Shown here in pieces: positions 18,702 to 28,800 of a stretch of DNA of 64,000 bases. The stretch comes from Alphaproteobacteria bacterium. Its GTDB lineage: Bacteria > Pseudomonadota > Alphaproteobacteria > Rickettsiales > SXRF01. The number at the start of each line of letters is the position of its first letter. Position 1 is the stretch's first letter. The position numbers and the translations under genes are program-made. A model generated the notes under the pieces. That model ran no database searches. It was given only the letters and a program-made list of their open reading frames with translations, and was not told where the DNA came from. The stretch lies in contig JANYCJ010000137.1 in assembly GCA_025360345.1 (NCBI GenBank), positions 768 to 64,767 on the forward strand, in the 5' to 3' direction.

Positions 18702-19319
18702 TTAGCTCCTTTTTTCAACGTAGAATTCTGGGAAATGCTTTTTCACCGCATCGATCAGCGGGGCATCATGGAACATGATATACGGCTCATGCGGGTGCAG
18801 GTCGGCATAATGCATATGATAGGCCTCGGCGGGATAAAACTGCTTAAGCGGCTCCAGCGTGGTGACGATGGGGGCGCTATAGGCATTGTCTTTTTTCAGC
18901 TGGGCCATGACGGATTCTGCTTCCTGCTTTTGCTCGGGCGTGGCGTAAAAAATGGAGGAGCGGTACTGCGTGCCGTGGTCCGGGCCCTGATAATTAAGCT
19001 CGGTTGGGTTATGGGCGGCGATGAAATAAATATCGAGCAGCTGAGCAAGTGGAATCACATCGGGGTCGTAGGTAACCTGAACGGATTCTGCGTGGCCGGT
19101 ATTGCCGCCGGCCACTTTTTCATATTCGGCGGTGCTGGCCTCGCCACCGGCATAGCCGGGGGTGGTGTTTTGCACGCCTTTGACATGCTCGAACACTGAT
19201 TCCATTCCCCAGAAGCAGCCCCCTGCCAGCACTATGGTCTGTGCGGGGGCAGCCATGGCAGCGGCGGGGATTAAGGTCAGGGCGGTTGCCGTCATCAGGC
19301 TAAGTACAAGCTTCTTCAT
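18702..19319 (-). CDS. msrA: Peptide-methionine (S)-S-oxide reductase MsrA with N-terminal signal peptide
   Basis: 205 aa. The signal peptide MKKLVLSLMTATALTLIPAAAMA is followed by the catalytic motif GGCFWGMESVF. Confidence 0.9.
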   Translation of the reverse strand: MKKLVLSLMTATALTLIPAAAMAAPAQTIVLAGGCFWGMESVFEHVKGVQNTTPGYAGGEASTAEYEKVAGGNTGHAESVQVTYDPDVIPLAQLLDIYFIAAHNPTELNYQGPDHGTQYRSSIFYATPEQKQEAESVMAQLKKDNAYSAPIVTTLEPLKQFYPAEAYHMHYADLHPHEPYIMFHDAPLIDAVKKHFPEFYVEKRS

Positions 19320-19521
19320 ATGCCATCCTATTTTGTTTGCCGCATCGGGCGGTATACCTATTTATTCGGAACCAACCGGGATAATAGTTACATTCCGGCA
19401 TCCGGTTGATTATCTAGCACAATTCGGCATCCGCACGGTGTCGGGGCGCGAATTGTCTATACTGGCCCAAGGTTTTGCCCTATAAAGATGTCTTCCCCGC
19501 ACGCAGTTTTCAACGGATTCC

Positions 19522-22257
19522 ATGGGCCAACCCAGCAGCCTGCCAAAAGAACCGCCGCTAAACCCTACCGATTTCGGATCGGTGTTCCGGGCTGCACCCG
19601 GTATGTACCTGCTTCTGCTGCCGGATGCGCCTAAGTATACCATTATTTCCGCAAGCGAAGCTTTTTCGCAGGCGATGCTGGTTAACGGCGCGGATATCGA
19701 ATCCAAAGGTATGTTCGATGTGTTTTTCCCTGAGGAAGCCAGTGAAAAGCCGGTCTCTATGGCGCTGCGCTCTTCGCTGCAACAGGTGCTGCACGGGCTG
19801 AAATCGCATGAGATGGAAGTGCAGAAATACGATTTGCACCGCAAGACCAGCAGTGGCACGGTGATAGAGGAAAAATACTGGAGCCCGCTGAATACGCCGG
19901 TGTTCGACATAGACGGAAAGCTGCAATACATCCTGCACCGCGTGCTCGACGTGACTGAGAAAATGACACTGGAAAAAGAGCGTGAGCGGTTTTTTACGCT
20001 GGGCACGGATATGCTGGTGGTGGCAGGCTATGATGGGTATTTCAAAAAAGTGAACCCCGCGTGGGAAGAAACGCTGGGCTGGACGCAGGAAGAAATGCTT
20101 AGCAGGCCGTGGATTGATTTTGTGCACCCCGATGATGTGCAGGCCACCCATGACGCCAAGGACAAGCTGGAAGCCAATATTCCCATCAAGAATTTTGAAA
20201 ACCGTTACCGCTGCAAAGACGGCAACTACCGCTGGCTCAGCTGGAAGACACATCCCTACCCGTTGGAAAAGCTGATTTACGGCGGGGCGACAGATATTAC
20301 AGAGCGCAAGAAGACCGAAGAGTCGCTACGCGCCAGCGAAAGAAAGTTCCGCCAGCTGGCCAATGCCATGCCGCAGGTGGTGTGGACCGCGATGCCCGAC
20401 GGGCAGCTGAATTACGTTAACGAACGCTGCTTCGAGTATTCCGGCACGCTGCGCACGGAAAATAACACCGTGGACTGGGCACCCATTATCCACCCTGAGG
20501 ATTTGCAGCATACGCTTTTCGTATGGAGCAACTGTGTGGCGTCGGGCAAGCCGTACGAAGTGCTCCAGCGCATCTTCCACGCGGCCAGCGGACACTACCG
20601 CTGGAACCTGACCAGGGCGCTGCCCGTGCACGACGAACTGGGCAACGTGACCAAATGGTATGGCACCAATACGGATATTGAAGACCAAAAAAGTACGGAA
20701 GACGCCTTACGCAAAAGTGAGCAATTCAACCAGAGCATTATCGACAGCAGCCCGGACTGCATTAAAGTGCTGGATATGGACGGCCATCTGCTTTCCATGA
20801 ATGAGGAAGGCTGCCGACAGATGGAGGTGGATGATTTCTCGGTCTGCATTAATAAACCGTGGATCGGCTTCTGGGACGGGGTGGAAAGGGCTGCTGCGGA
20901 ACAGGCGCTGCAGGCTGCGCGCAGAGGGGAAAAGGGTTTTTTCCAGGGTTTCTGCGCCACCATGAAAGGCACGCCGCGCTGGTGGGAAGTGATCGTAGCG
21001 CCGATACGGGGCAACGATGGAAAAACGGTGCAGATCTTATCCGTTTCACGCGATATCACCGAGCGCAAGAAGCTGGAAGATGCGACAAGGGACGCGCGGG
21101 AGCTGGCAGAAGCGGCAAATATCGCCAAGAGCGAGTTCCTTGCCAATATGAGCCATGAAATCCGCACACCGATGAACGCGGTGATCGGGCTGGCCAATAT
21201 CCTTGCCATGAGTCAGCCGTTATCGGCGCGGCAGAAAGAATACATCCAGACGTTGCAGATGTCGGCAGACAGCCTGCTTGCGCTGATTAACGACTTGCTC
21301 GATATTTCCAAGATCGAGGCACGCTCGATCGAGCTTGAGCATATTCCGTTCAACCTGAAGCAACTGCTGAACGAAGTGATTAGCATGATGTCTATGCGCG
21401 CTAAGGAAAAGGGACTTGAATTCAGCGTGCTGGGCGATTGCAGCCCGGATTATGTGGTAGTGGGCGACCCCACGCGGTTGCGCCAGATTTTGCTCAACCT
21501 TTGCAGCAACGCCATTAAATTTACGGAAAAAGGTGGGGTTTATGTGAGCATTGACTGCCACGCATCGGGGACGCAGGGTGTGGAAAATGTGTCTATCGCG
21601 GTGCGCGATAGCGGCATTGGTATTTCTCCCGAGCACCAGGAATCCATTTTCCATAAATTTATCCAGGCGGATTCAAGCATCACCCGCAAATATGGCGGGA
21701 CAGGGCTAGGGCTGGCCATTACCAAGACGCTCACTGAAATCATGGGCGGAACAATCTGGCTGACCAGCGCGGTGGGCAAAGGCTCCACCTTTACCGTGAA
21801 ACTGCCGATGAGGGTGGGCGGCGGCGAGGTGCAGGCCGAGGCGAATGTGCCCTTCGCCGCCGAGGCGTTTACCAAGCAAAGCTTCCGCGTGCTGCTGGTG
21901 GAGGATTATGCGGCCAATGTACTGGTGGCGGGAAGCTACCTTGAGCAATTCGGCTATGCTTATGACGTGGTGGATAATGGTTATGACGCGGTGGAAAAGG
22001 CCAAGTCTGGACAATATCTGGCCATATTGATGGATGTGCAAATGCATGGCATTAACGGGTTTGAGACGACACGGCTGATACGGGCGCATGAAAAATCAAC
22101 CGGGATGCCGCGGGTGCCGATCCTCGGCATGACCGCACATGCGCTGATGGGCGACCGGGAACGATGCCTCGAGGCAGACATGGACGATTACCTATCCAAG
22201 CCTTATAACCCCACGGAGCTGGAGCGAAAGCTGGCGGCTTACCGTGAAAAAAACTAG
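19522..22257 (+). CDS. Hybrid sensor histidine kinase (multiple PAS, HisKA-HATPase, C-terminal REC)
   Basis: 911 aa. H-box: [19 protein letters not shown]/G boxes: [19 protein letters not shown] and [23 protein letters not shown]…[11 protein letters not shown]…SKP. Confidence 0.95.
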   Translation: [911 protein letters not shown]

Positions 22258-22757
22258 CCCTCTTTTGCCGCTTTAAGGGCTGCTTCCGCCCGGACGAGAC
22301 CGATCTGGTCAATATTACCTTTGCTATCCACCAGCTGGTTTGCAGTAACGGCGCCGACAAGGGCGGCCACTTCGCGCTTTACTTTTTCGACATCGGTGGT
22401 GAGTTCGCTTACTGTGGCGCCGCCCCCTCCCCCGCTTTTCGGCGGTGGGGGTGGTGGCGGAGGCGGTGGCAGCGGGGCCGCGTTTTTATCCCCGGGTTTC
22501 GCGGGCTGGCCAGACGGGGGCTGTGCACGCGTGGCGGGAGTGCCTGCGGTTGCTGGGGAGAGAGTTTGCGCATCGGCTATAGATTGCGCGGGGGCCGTAA
22601 GATCCAGCTGCACAGCGGGGCCATGGGTGTCGCCCGTGGGTGCGGAGGCGGCGGGCGGGACGGTGGCGGCCTGTTTGGCGGCGGCTTCTTCAAGTTGCTG
22701 CAGGAGCGCGGTGGCTGCCTGGGTGGTGAGAGTGGTGGGTGGTGTGATACTGCTCAT
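22254..22757 (-). CDS. Hypothetical Ala/Pro/Thr-rich protein with poly-Pro and poly-Gly tracts and a helical C-terminal domain
   Basis: 167 aa. The sequence …NAAPLPPPPPPPPPPKSGGGGGATVSELTTDVEKVKREVAALVGAV… has an AAAGG element about 10 nt upstream of the ATG. The opposite-strand ORF 22321..22788 looks like an artefact. No family was recognised. Confidence 0.45.
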   Translation of the reverse strand: MSSITPPTTLTTQAATALLQQLEEAAAKQAATVPPAASAPTGDTHGPAVQLDLTAPAQSIADAQTLSPATAGTPATRAQPPSGQPAKPGDKNAAPLPPPPPPPPPPKSGGGGGATVSELTTDVEKVKREVAALVGAVTANQLVDSKGNIDQIGLVRAEAALKAAKEG

Positions 22758-22890
22758 AATGAGGGCCTTTGTGATTGCTACCTGCTGACCTTATTACAAC
22801 GTATAGGGGTGCAAAAAACTTACGCTATTGCAGCAAAAAAAATCTCCATCCGTTTAAATGTGCAAGATATGGCTATGATATTTCATTTTA

Positions 22891-24456
22891 TTATTCGGGC
22901 ATTACGTTGGCCAGCAGTGAGGTGACCTCTTCTAACTTCACAGGTTTGGTTAGGTGGTGGTTGAAGCCCGCCTCCTTTGCATCCCGGCGGTCTTTTTCCT
23001 GTCCCCAGCCGGTCTGGGCGATCATGACGGTTCTGGCGAAGCGCGGATCTTTGCGGAGGGTGCGGCACACTTCATAGCCGTTCATGCCGGGCAGGCCTAT
23101 GTCGAGCAGGATGACGTCGGGGTTCATATCCTGCGCTACTTTCACAGCCTCGATACCATCATGGGCGAGTATAGGCTGGTAGCCGATCAGCTCCAGCATC
23201 CAGCCGGTGGTTTTGGCGGAGGCGATATTATCATCCACGACAAGGACGCGCAGTGAGTGGTTTTCCCCGGTGGCGGGGGCGGCGGGCTGCGGGGCCGCGG
23301 GATGAGCGTGCATCTGCCCGGCCAGCGGCAGGCGGAAAGTGAAAATACTGCCTTTGCCTAGGCCTTGGCTTTCGGCAATGATGGCCCCGCCATGCATTTC
23401 CACCAGCCGCTTGACCAGCGCAAGGCCGATGCCGAGGCCGCCCTGCGAGCGTTCGAGGCTGCGGCCTACCTGCGTGAAAAGCTCGAACACTTTGGGCAGC
23501 ATGTCTGCGGGAATGCCCAGACCATTATCGGTGACGGAGACGATGACATCACTATCTTCCATATGGGCGGTCAGGTTTATCTTGCCGCCTTCGGGGGTAT
23601 ATTTAGCCGCGTTGTTGAGGAGATTGCTGATAATCTGGGAGAGGCGGGTGAGGTCGGCATCAAGCCAGATGGGGGTTTCGGGCACGTCCATGGTGAAGCT
23701 GTGCTTTCCGGCTTCGATCAGGGGAGTGCTGGCCTCCAATGCAGCCTGAATAGCGGATTGCAAGGTAATGGCGTCTTTGCGCAGGTCAATCTTGCCCTGG
23801 CTCACGCGCGAGACGTCGAGCAGGTCGTCGATAAGGCGGACGAGGTGGTTGAGCTGGCGATCCATCATGCCGCGCACCTCGTCGGACGTTTCGCCGGTGG
23901 GCTGCATTCGCAGCACCTGAAGGCCGTTGCGGATGGGGGCGAGCGGGTTCCTGAGCTCATGGGCGAGGGTTGCGAGGAATTCGTCCTTGCGGTGATCCGC
24001 TTCGCGCAGGGCATCGGCATACTGGCGCAGCTCGTCGCGCTGCTGGGCAAGCTGCTGCTGCTGGCGGTTCAACTCAAAAAACACCCCGGCCTTGCTGCGC
24101 AGGATATCCGGCTCGATGGGTTTATGAATGAAGTCCACGGCGCCGGCTTCATAACCGCGGAAACGGCGCTGGCGGTCAGCGCTGCCAGCGGTGAGGAAAA
24201 TGATGGGCACGCGGCGGGTGCGCTCGGTGCCGCGCATGAGTTCGGCCAGTTCAAAACCATCCATCCCGGGCATTTGCACGTCCAGCAAGGCAAGCGCCAC
24301 ATCGTATTTCAGCAATAGCTCCAGCCCTTCCCTGCCGGAGCGGGCCTTAAGCAGGACGAGGCCGTCGCGGCGCAGCAGCGCTTCAAGGGAAAGCAGGTTT
24401 TCCTCAAGGTCGTCTACCAGCAGAAAATAAACAGGCTGGGGCGTGGTGGCGGTCAT
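22891..24456 (-). CDS. Hybrid histidine kinase, REC-HisKA-HATPase-REC
   Basis: Start taken at MTATTPQPVYFLLVDD (ATGA overlap with the cheB stop). H-box: FLATLAHELRNPLAPI. G boxes: DNGLGI and GGLGIGLAL. The C-terminal REC is VLVVDDNIASA…LDIGLPGMNGY…TKP. Confidence 0.9.
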   Translation of the reverse strand: MTATTPQPVYFLLVDDLEENLLSLEALLRRDGLVLLKARSGREGLELLLKYDVALALLDVQMPGMDGFELAELMRGTERTRRVPIIFLTAGSADRQRRFRGYEAGAVDFIHKPIEPDILRSKAGVFFELNRQQQQLAQQRDELRQYADALREADHRKDEFLATLAHELRNPLAPIRNGLQVLRMQPTGETSDEVRGMMDRQLNHLVRLIDDLLDVSRVSQGKIDLRKDAITLQSAIQAALEASTPLIEAGKHSFTMDVPETPIWLDADLTRLSQIISNLLNNAAKYTPEGGKINLTAHMEDSDVIVSVTDNGLGIPADMLPKVFELFTQVGRSLERSQGGLGIGLALVKRLVEMHGGAIIAESQGLGKGSIFTFRLPLAGQMHAHPAAPQPAAPATGENHSLRVLVVDDNIASAKTTGWMLELIGYQPILAHDGIEAVKVAQDMNPDVILLDIGLPGMNGYEVCRTLRKDPRFARTVMIAQTGWGQEKDRRDAKEAGFNHHLTKPVKLEEVTSLLANVMPE

Positions 24457-25022
24457 GATGCTTCTACTTTCTGCAGATATGCTGCGATTTCCGCAAGACT
24501 GAGGCGGAGCGCCGTAGGACATGCCTTCAGGGCGGCCTCAGGCATGGGGGTTGACTGGGCGGTGGCGGGGTCCTGCACCAGGGCAGTGCCGCCTGCCGCC
24601 ACAATGGCTTTCAGGCCTTTTGCGCCGTCTTCATTGGCGCCGCTTAACACGATGCCGATAAGCGACTCACCGTAAGCGTCGGCAGCGGTTTCAAAAAGTA
24701 CATCAATTGCGGGACGGGAAAATAATACAGGCTCTTCGCTGGACAGTGACAACGACTGGTTTTTTTCTACCAGAAGATGGTAATCGGGCGGGGCGAAGTA
24801 GACAGAGGCTGGTTCTATGGCCACTTTGTCCTCAGCTTCAATGACCTTTACCTTGCACTTGTATTGAAAGAGGTCTGCGAGGATGCTTTTCTTGTCGGGA
24901 GGGACATGCACCACCACCATGACTGGCAAGGGGAAATCACCGGGGAGCGCGGGAAGGATGGCCGTAAGCGCTTCGACCGCGCCGGCGGAGGCTCCGATAA
25001 CAACAGCACGGGCAACGGTCAT
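24453..25022 (-). CDS. cheB: CheB-type protein-glutamate methylesterase, catalytic domain only (no REC)
   Basis: 189 aa. The sequence VVIGASAGAVEAL…VVVHVPP…SRPAIDVLFETAA…IVLSGANEDGAKGL carries the Ser-His-Asp esterase core. It begins directly with the catalytic domain. Confidence 0.9.
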   Translation of the reverse strand: MTVARAVVIGASAGAVEALTAILPALPGDFPLPVMVVVHVPPDKKSILADLFQYKCKVKVIEAEDKVAIEPASVYFAPPDYHLLVEKNQSLSLSSEEPVLFSRPAIDVLFETAADAYGESLIGIVLSGANEDGAKGLKAIVAAGGTALVQDPATAQSTPMPEAALKACPTALRLSLAEIAAYLQKVEAS

Positions 25023-25849
25023 TTGCTTCCCTTTTTCTGATAGAGGCGCTCCTCGCGGGAGAATTCGCTGAAATCATCGGCATTGGCGCTGAAGCGCAGG
25101 CTTTCCTTGCTACCAAGGCCGAGAAACCATTTGCGGATGAGGGAATCGCTGAACAGGCCAATAGCGCGGTCCTGCAATTCGCGGTCAAAATATATCAGGA
25201 CGTTGCGGCAGGAGATGAGATGCATTTCAGCGAAGACCGCGTCGCTGGCGAGGCTGTGGTCGGAGAACACGACACGCCTGCGCAGGGATTTATCGAAGGT
25301 GGCGTGGCCGTAGGCGGCAGTATAGTAATCGGAGAGCGACGATTTGCCGCCGGATTTCTGGTGATTTGCGGTGAAAAGCTGGATGCGGTCAAGATCGTAA
25401 ACGCCGGATTCAGCCTTGCGCAGGGCTTCGGTATTAATGTCGGTGGCGTAAAACATGGTGCGGTCTTCGAGCCCCTCTTCGCGGAAAAGAATGGCGAATG
25501 AATAGAGCTCTTCCCCGGTGGAGCAGCCCGCAACCCATATTTTGAGCGAAGGATAGGTGCGCAGATGGGGAACCACGCGCTCGCGGATGGTTTTGAAATA
25601 CTGCGGATCGCGGAAAAGCTCGCTGACCTGCACGGTGAGATAAGAGAGTAGTTCGGTAAAAATGGCGGGCTCGTGCAGCACGCGGTCCTGCAACTGCGAA
25701 TAGCTGCGGCAGCCGAATTTTTCCCGGGCAAGAGAGAGGCGGCGCTTGACCGAGGCCATAGAATAACCACGGAAATCATAGTGATACTTCTGGAAAAGGG
25801 CTTCCAGAAGCAGCTTCAGCTCCATATCATCGTTACGGTTATCCAACAC
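25019..25849 (-). CDS. cheR: CheR-type protein-glutamate O-methyltransferase
   Basis: 276 aa. Motifs: FRDPQYFKTIRERVVPHL, KIWVAGCSTGEELYSFAILF and ATDINTEALRKAESGVY. The gene overlaps cheB by 4 nt. Confidence 0.92.
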   Translation of the reverse strand: MLDNRNDDMELKLLLEALFQKYHYDFRGYSMASVKRRLSLAREKFGCRSYSQLQDRVLHEPAIFTELLSYLTVQVSELFRDPQYFKTIRERVVPHLRTYPSLKIWVAGCSTGEELYSFAILFREEGLEDRTMFYATDINTEALRKAESGVYDLDRIQLFTANHQKSGGKSSLSDYYTAAYGHATFDKSLRRRVVFSDHSLASDAVFAEMHLISCRNVLIYFDRELQDRAIGLFSDSLIRKWFLGLGSKESLRFSANADDFSEFSREERLYQKKGSK

Positions 25850-25858
25850 GGCTGCACC

Positions 25859-28800
25859 TCACCGTGGCATCCATACGCGGACGAGCGAAAGCAGCTTTTC
25901 CACATCCAGTGGCTTGGCCATATAGTCGTTTGCCCCCGCCTCCAGGCAGCGGTCCTGGTCGTCTTTCATGGCCTTGGCGGTGAGCATGATGACGGGCAGT
26001 TTTTTCCATTCTGGGCGCTTGCGGATTTCGCGAGTGGCAGTGAGGCCGTCCATTTCCGGCATCATGACATCCATCAGTACGAGGTCGATGGTCTTGTCGG
26101 GTGAGTCCATGCTGCTTTGAAGGAAGTCTAGCGCCTCGCGGCCATTGCGGGCAATTTCCACGATGGCGCCGCGCGGCTCGAAAATAGAGGTGACGGCGTA
26201 GACGTTTCGCACATCATCTTCGACCACTAGTATGCGGCGATTTTCCAATATGGCGTCGCGGTTGCGGGCCTGCTCCAACATGCGCTGCTGCTCGGCGGGA
26301 AGCTCGGCCACCACCTGATGCAGGAAGAGCGTGACTTCGTCGAGCAGGCGCTCGGGCGATTTGGCACCTTTGATGATGATGGACTTGGAATAGCGGCGCA
26401 GGCGCTGCTCCTGCTCTGCAGAAAGTTCACGCCCGGTATATACAATGACGGGGGGGAAGGAATAAGCGTCTTCACGGCTCAGGGTTTCGAGCAGCTCGTA
26501 GCCCGAGGCGTCGGGCAGGGAAAGGTCGAGCACCATGCAGTCGAACGTTTGTTCCTTTAGCCGTGCGAGCGTTTCGCTTACCGTGCCCACGCCCACCGTT
26601 TGCACATCATGGGAGGCGAGCAGGCGGCGGACGCTATCTTGCTGCACGGGATCATCTTCCACGATCAGCACACGGCGCATACGCTGCGATAAGCGGGTTT
26701 CCAGCTTCCGGAATGTATCGGCGAGGTCTTCGCGCTTGACGGGCTTTAGCATGTAACCCACGGCGCCGAGCGAGAGGGCGGTCTGCGCATAATCGCCAGC
26801 GGAGACGACATGCACGGGGATGTGGCGGGTGCGGGCGTCGTGTTTGAGGCGGTCGAGCACAGAGAGGCCTGAATTGTCGGGCAGGCCAACATCGAGCACC
26901 ACGGCGCTGGGCAGGTATTGCTGGGCTAGGGCCAGGGCTTCTTCAGCGGTGGTGGCGACAATGCACTGGAAGTCCAGCTCATGGGCAAGGTCGTTTAGTA
27001 TGCGGGCGAAAGGCACATCATCTTCTACGACGAGGATGACGCGGCTGTTGCCAGTGAGTTTCTCGCGGTCATCTTCCACACGATGGCGGCGCATGTAGTT
27101 TGCGGGCATGGCGGGTTTTTCCACGGGGGGCATTTCCACGGGCTCGAAGGGGGGGCGCTGGGCGACCAGCTCCGGATCGAAATCTTTCGGGATGGTGAGG
27201 GTAAAGTGGCTGCCCTGCCCCGGCGTGCTGGTAAGCTCGATCTGGCCGCCGAGCAGGCGGGAAAGCTGGCGCGAAATGGACAGGCCCAGCCCGGTGCCGC
27301 CATATTTGCGGCTGATGGTGCCATCTGCCTGGCGGAAGGCTTCGAAAATTGCCTGTTGCTGCTCCAGCGCAATGCCGATGCCGGTGTCACTCACGGTGAA
27401 GGCGACCTTATCCCCCGGGAGGAACCTGGCGATGATTTCCACGCTGCCCTGCTCGGTGAATTTCAGGGCATTGGATATAAGGTTCTTTAATACTTGCTCA
27501 AGGCGCTGGCGGTCGGTGTCGATATAAGTGGGGGAGCCGGGGGCGGCGGTTGCTTTGAACACGAGGCCTTTTTGTTTCGCCATCGGCTCGAAGCTGTGGG
27601 TGAGGTCTTTCATCAGGCGTTCCAGAGAAACCTGCTCGGGGCGGATTTCCATGTGCCCGGCTTCAATCTTGGAGAGGTCGAGGATGTCATTGATAAGCGA
27701 GAGGAGGTCATTGCCGGAGGACTGGATGGTCTGGGCGAACTTAACTTGCTCCTCGGACAGGTTTCCTGCCGGGTTATCGGCCAATAACTTGGCGAGGATA
27801 AGGGAGGAGTTGAGCGGGGTGCGAAGCTCATGGCTCATATTGGCGAGGAAGTCTGATTTATACTGGCTGGCCTGTTCCAGCTCGCTGGCCTTAGCCTGCA
27901 CGGCAGCTTTTGCGCGGACCAGATCATCCTTCTGGTTTTCGAGGATCTGGGCGGTTTCTTCGAGCTGGGAGTTGGTCTGCTCCATTTCGGCCTGCTGTAA
28001 TTCAAGGCGCGCCTGCGATTCTTTGAGCGCCCTGCTTTGCTCTTCGAGCTCTTCATTGGATACGCGCAGTTCTTCGCTTTGGGTTTGCAGCTCTTCGGAC
28101 TGGCGCTGGGTTTCTTCCAGCAGGTTCTGGAGGTGGGCACGGTAATTGGCGGATTTCACTGCCGTGGCGATGGTTGTGTTGACGCTATTGAGCAGTTCCA
28201 TGCTGCGCTCATCGACAGGATTCAGGAAGCCGATTTCCATTAATGCATTCACTTCGCCGTCCATGGCGATGGGAGCTACGATGAGGTAGCGCGGCTTATG
28301 ATGGCCCATGCCGCTGCCGATGGTCAGGTAGCCTTCGGGCACATCCCGCAGCAGGAAGGTTTTCTTTTCTTTCACCGCCTGCCCCAGTAGGCCCTCGGCG
28401 GTGTCAAAACGATCAGGCGTGCGGCCGGAAGAGCTGATGCCGTAGCTTGCGACCCGGCGGAAGTCCTTGCCTTCTTTTACATATAGCAATGCCGCGCTGG
28501 CGCTACAGTACCCGCAGATAAAGCTCAGGATGTTGTCGCCGAGTGGTTCCATGCGTTGCTCACCCACCATGGCAGTGCTTAAGCCCACCTGGCCAGATTG
28601 CATCCATTCCTGACGCTTGCGGGTGAGCAAATTGCGGCGCACAAGATGCGCTACCGCACCGGAGAGCAACACTCCTAAAAACCCGGTGAGCAAGCCGCTG
28701 ACGATGGCGATATGGTAGGCCGCCTGCATTTCCACAAGGCGCTTGGAGCGCAGCGAGGATTCTTCATCGCGCATGGCAGCAATCTGGGTACGGACAATGT

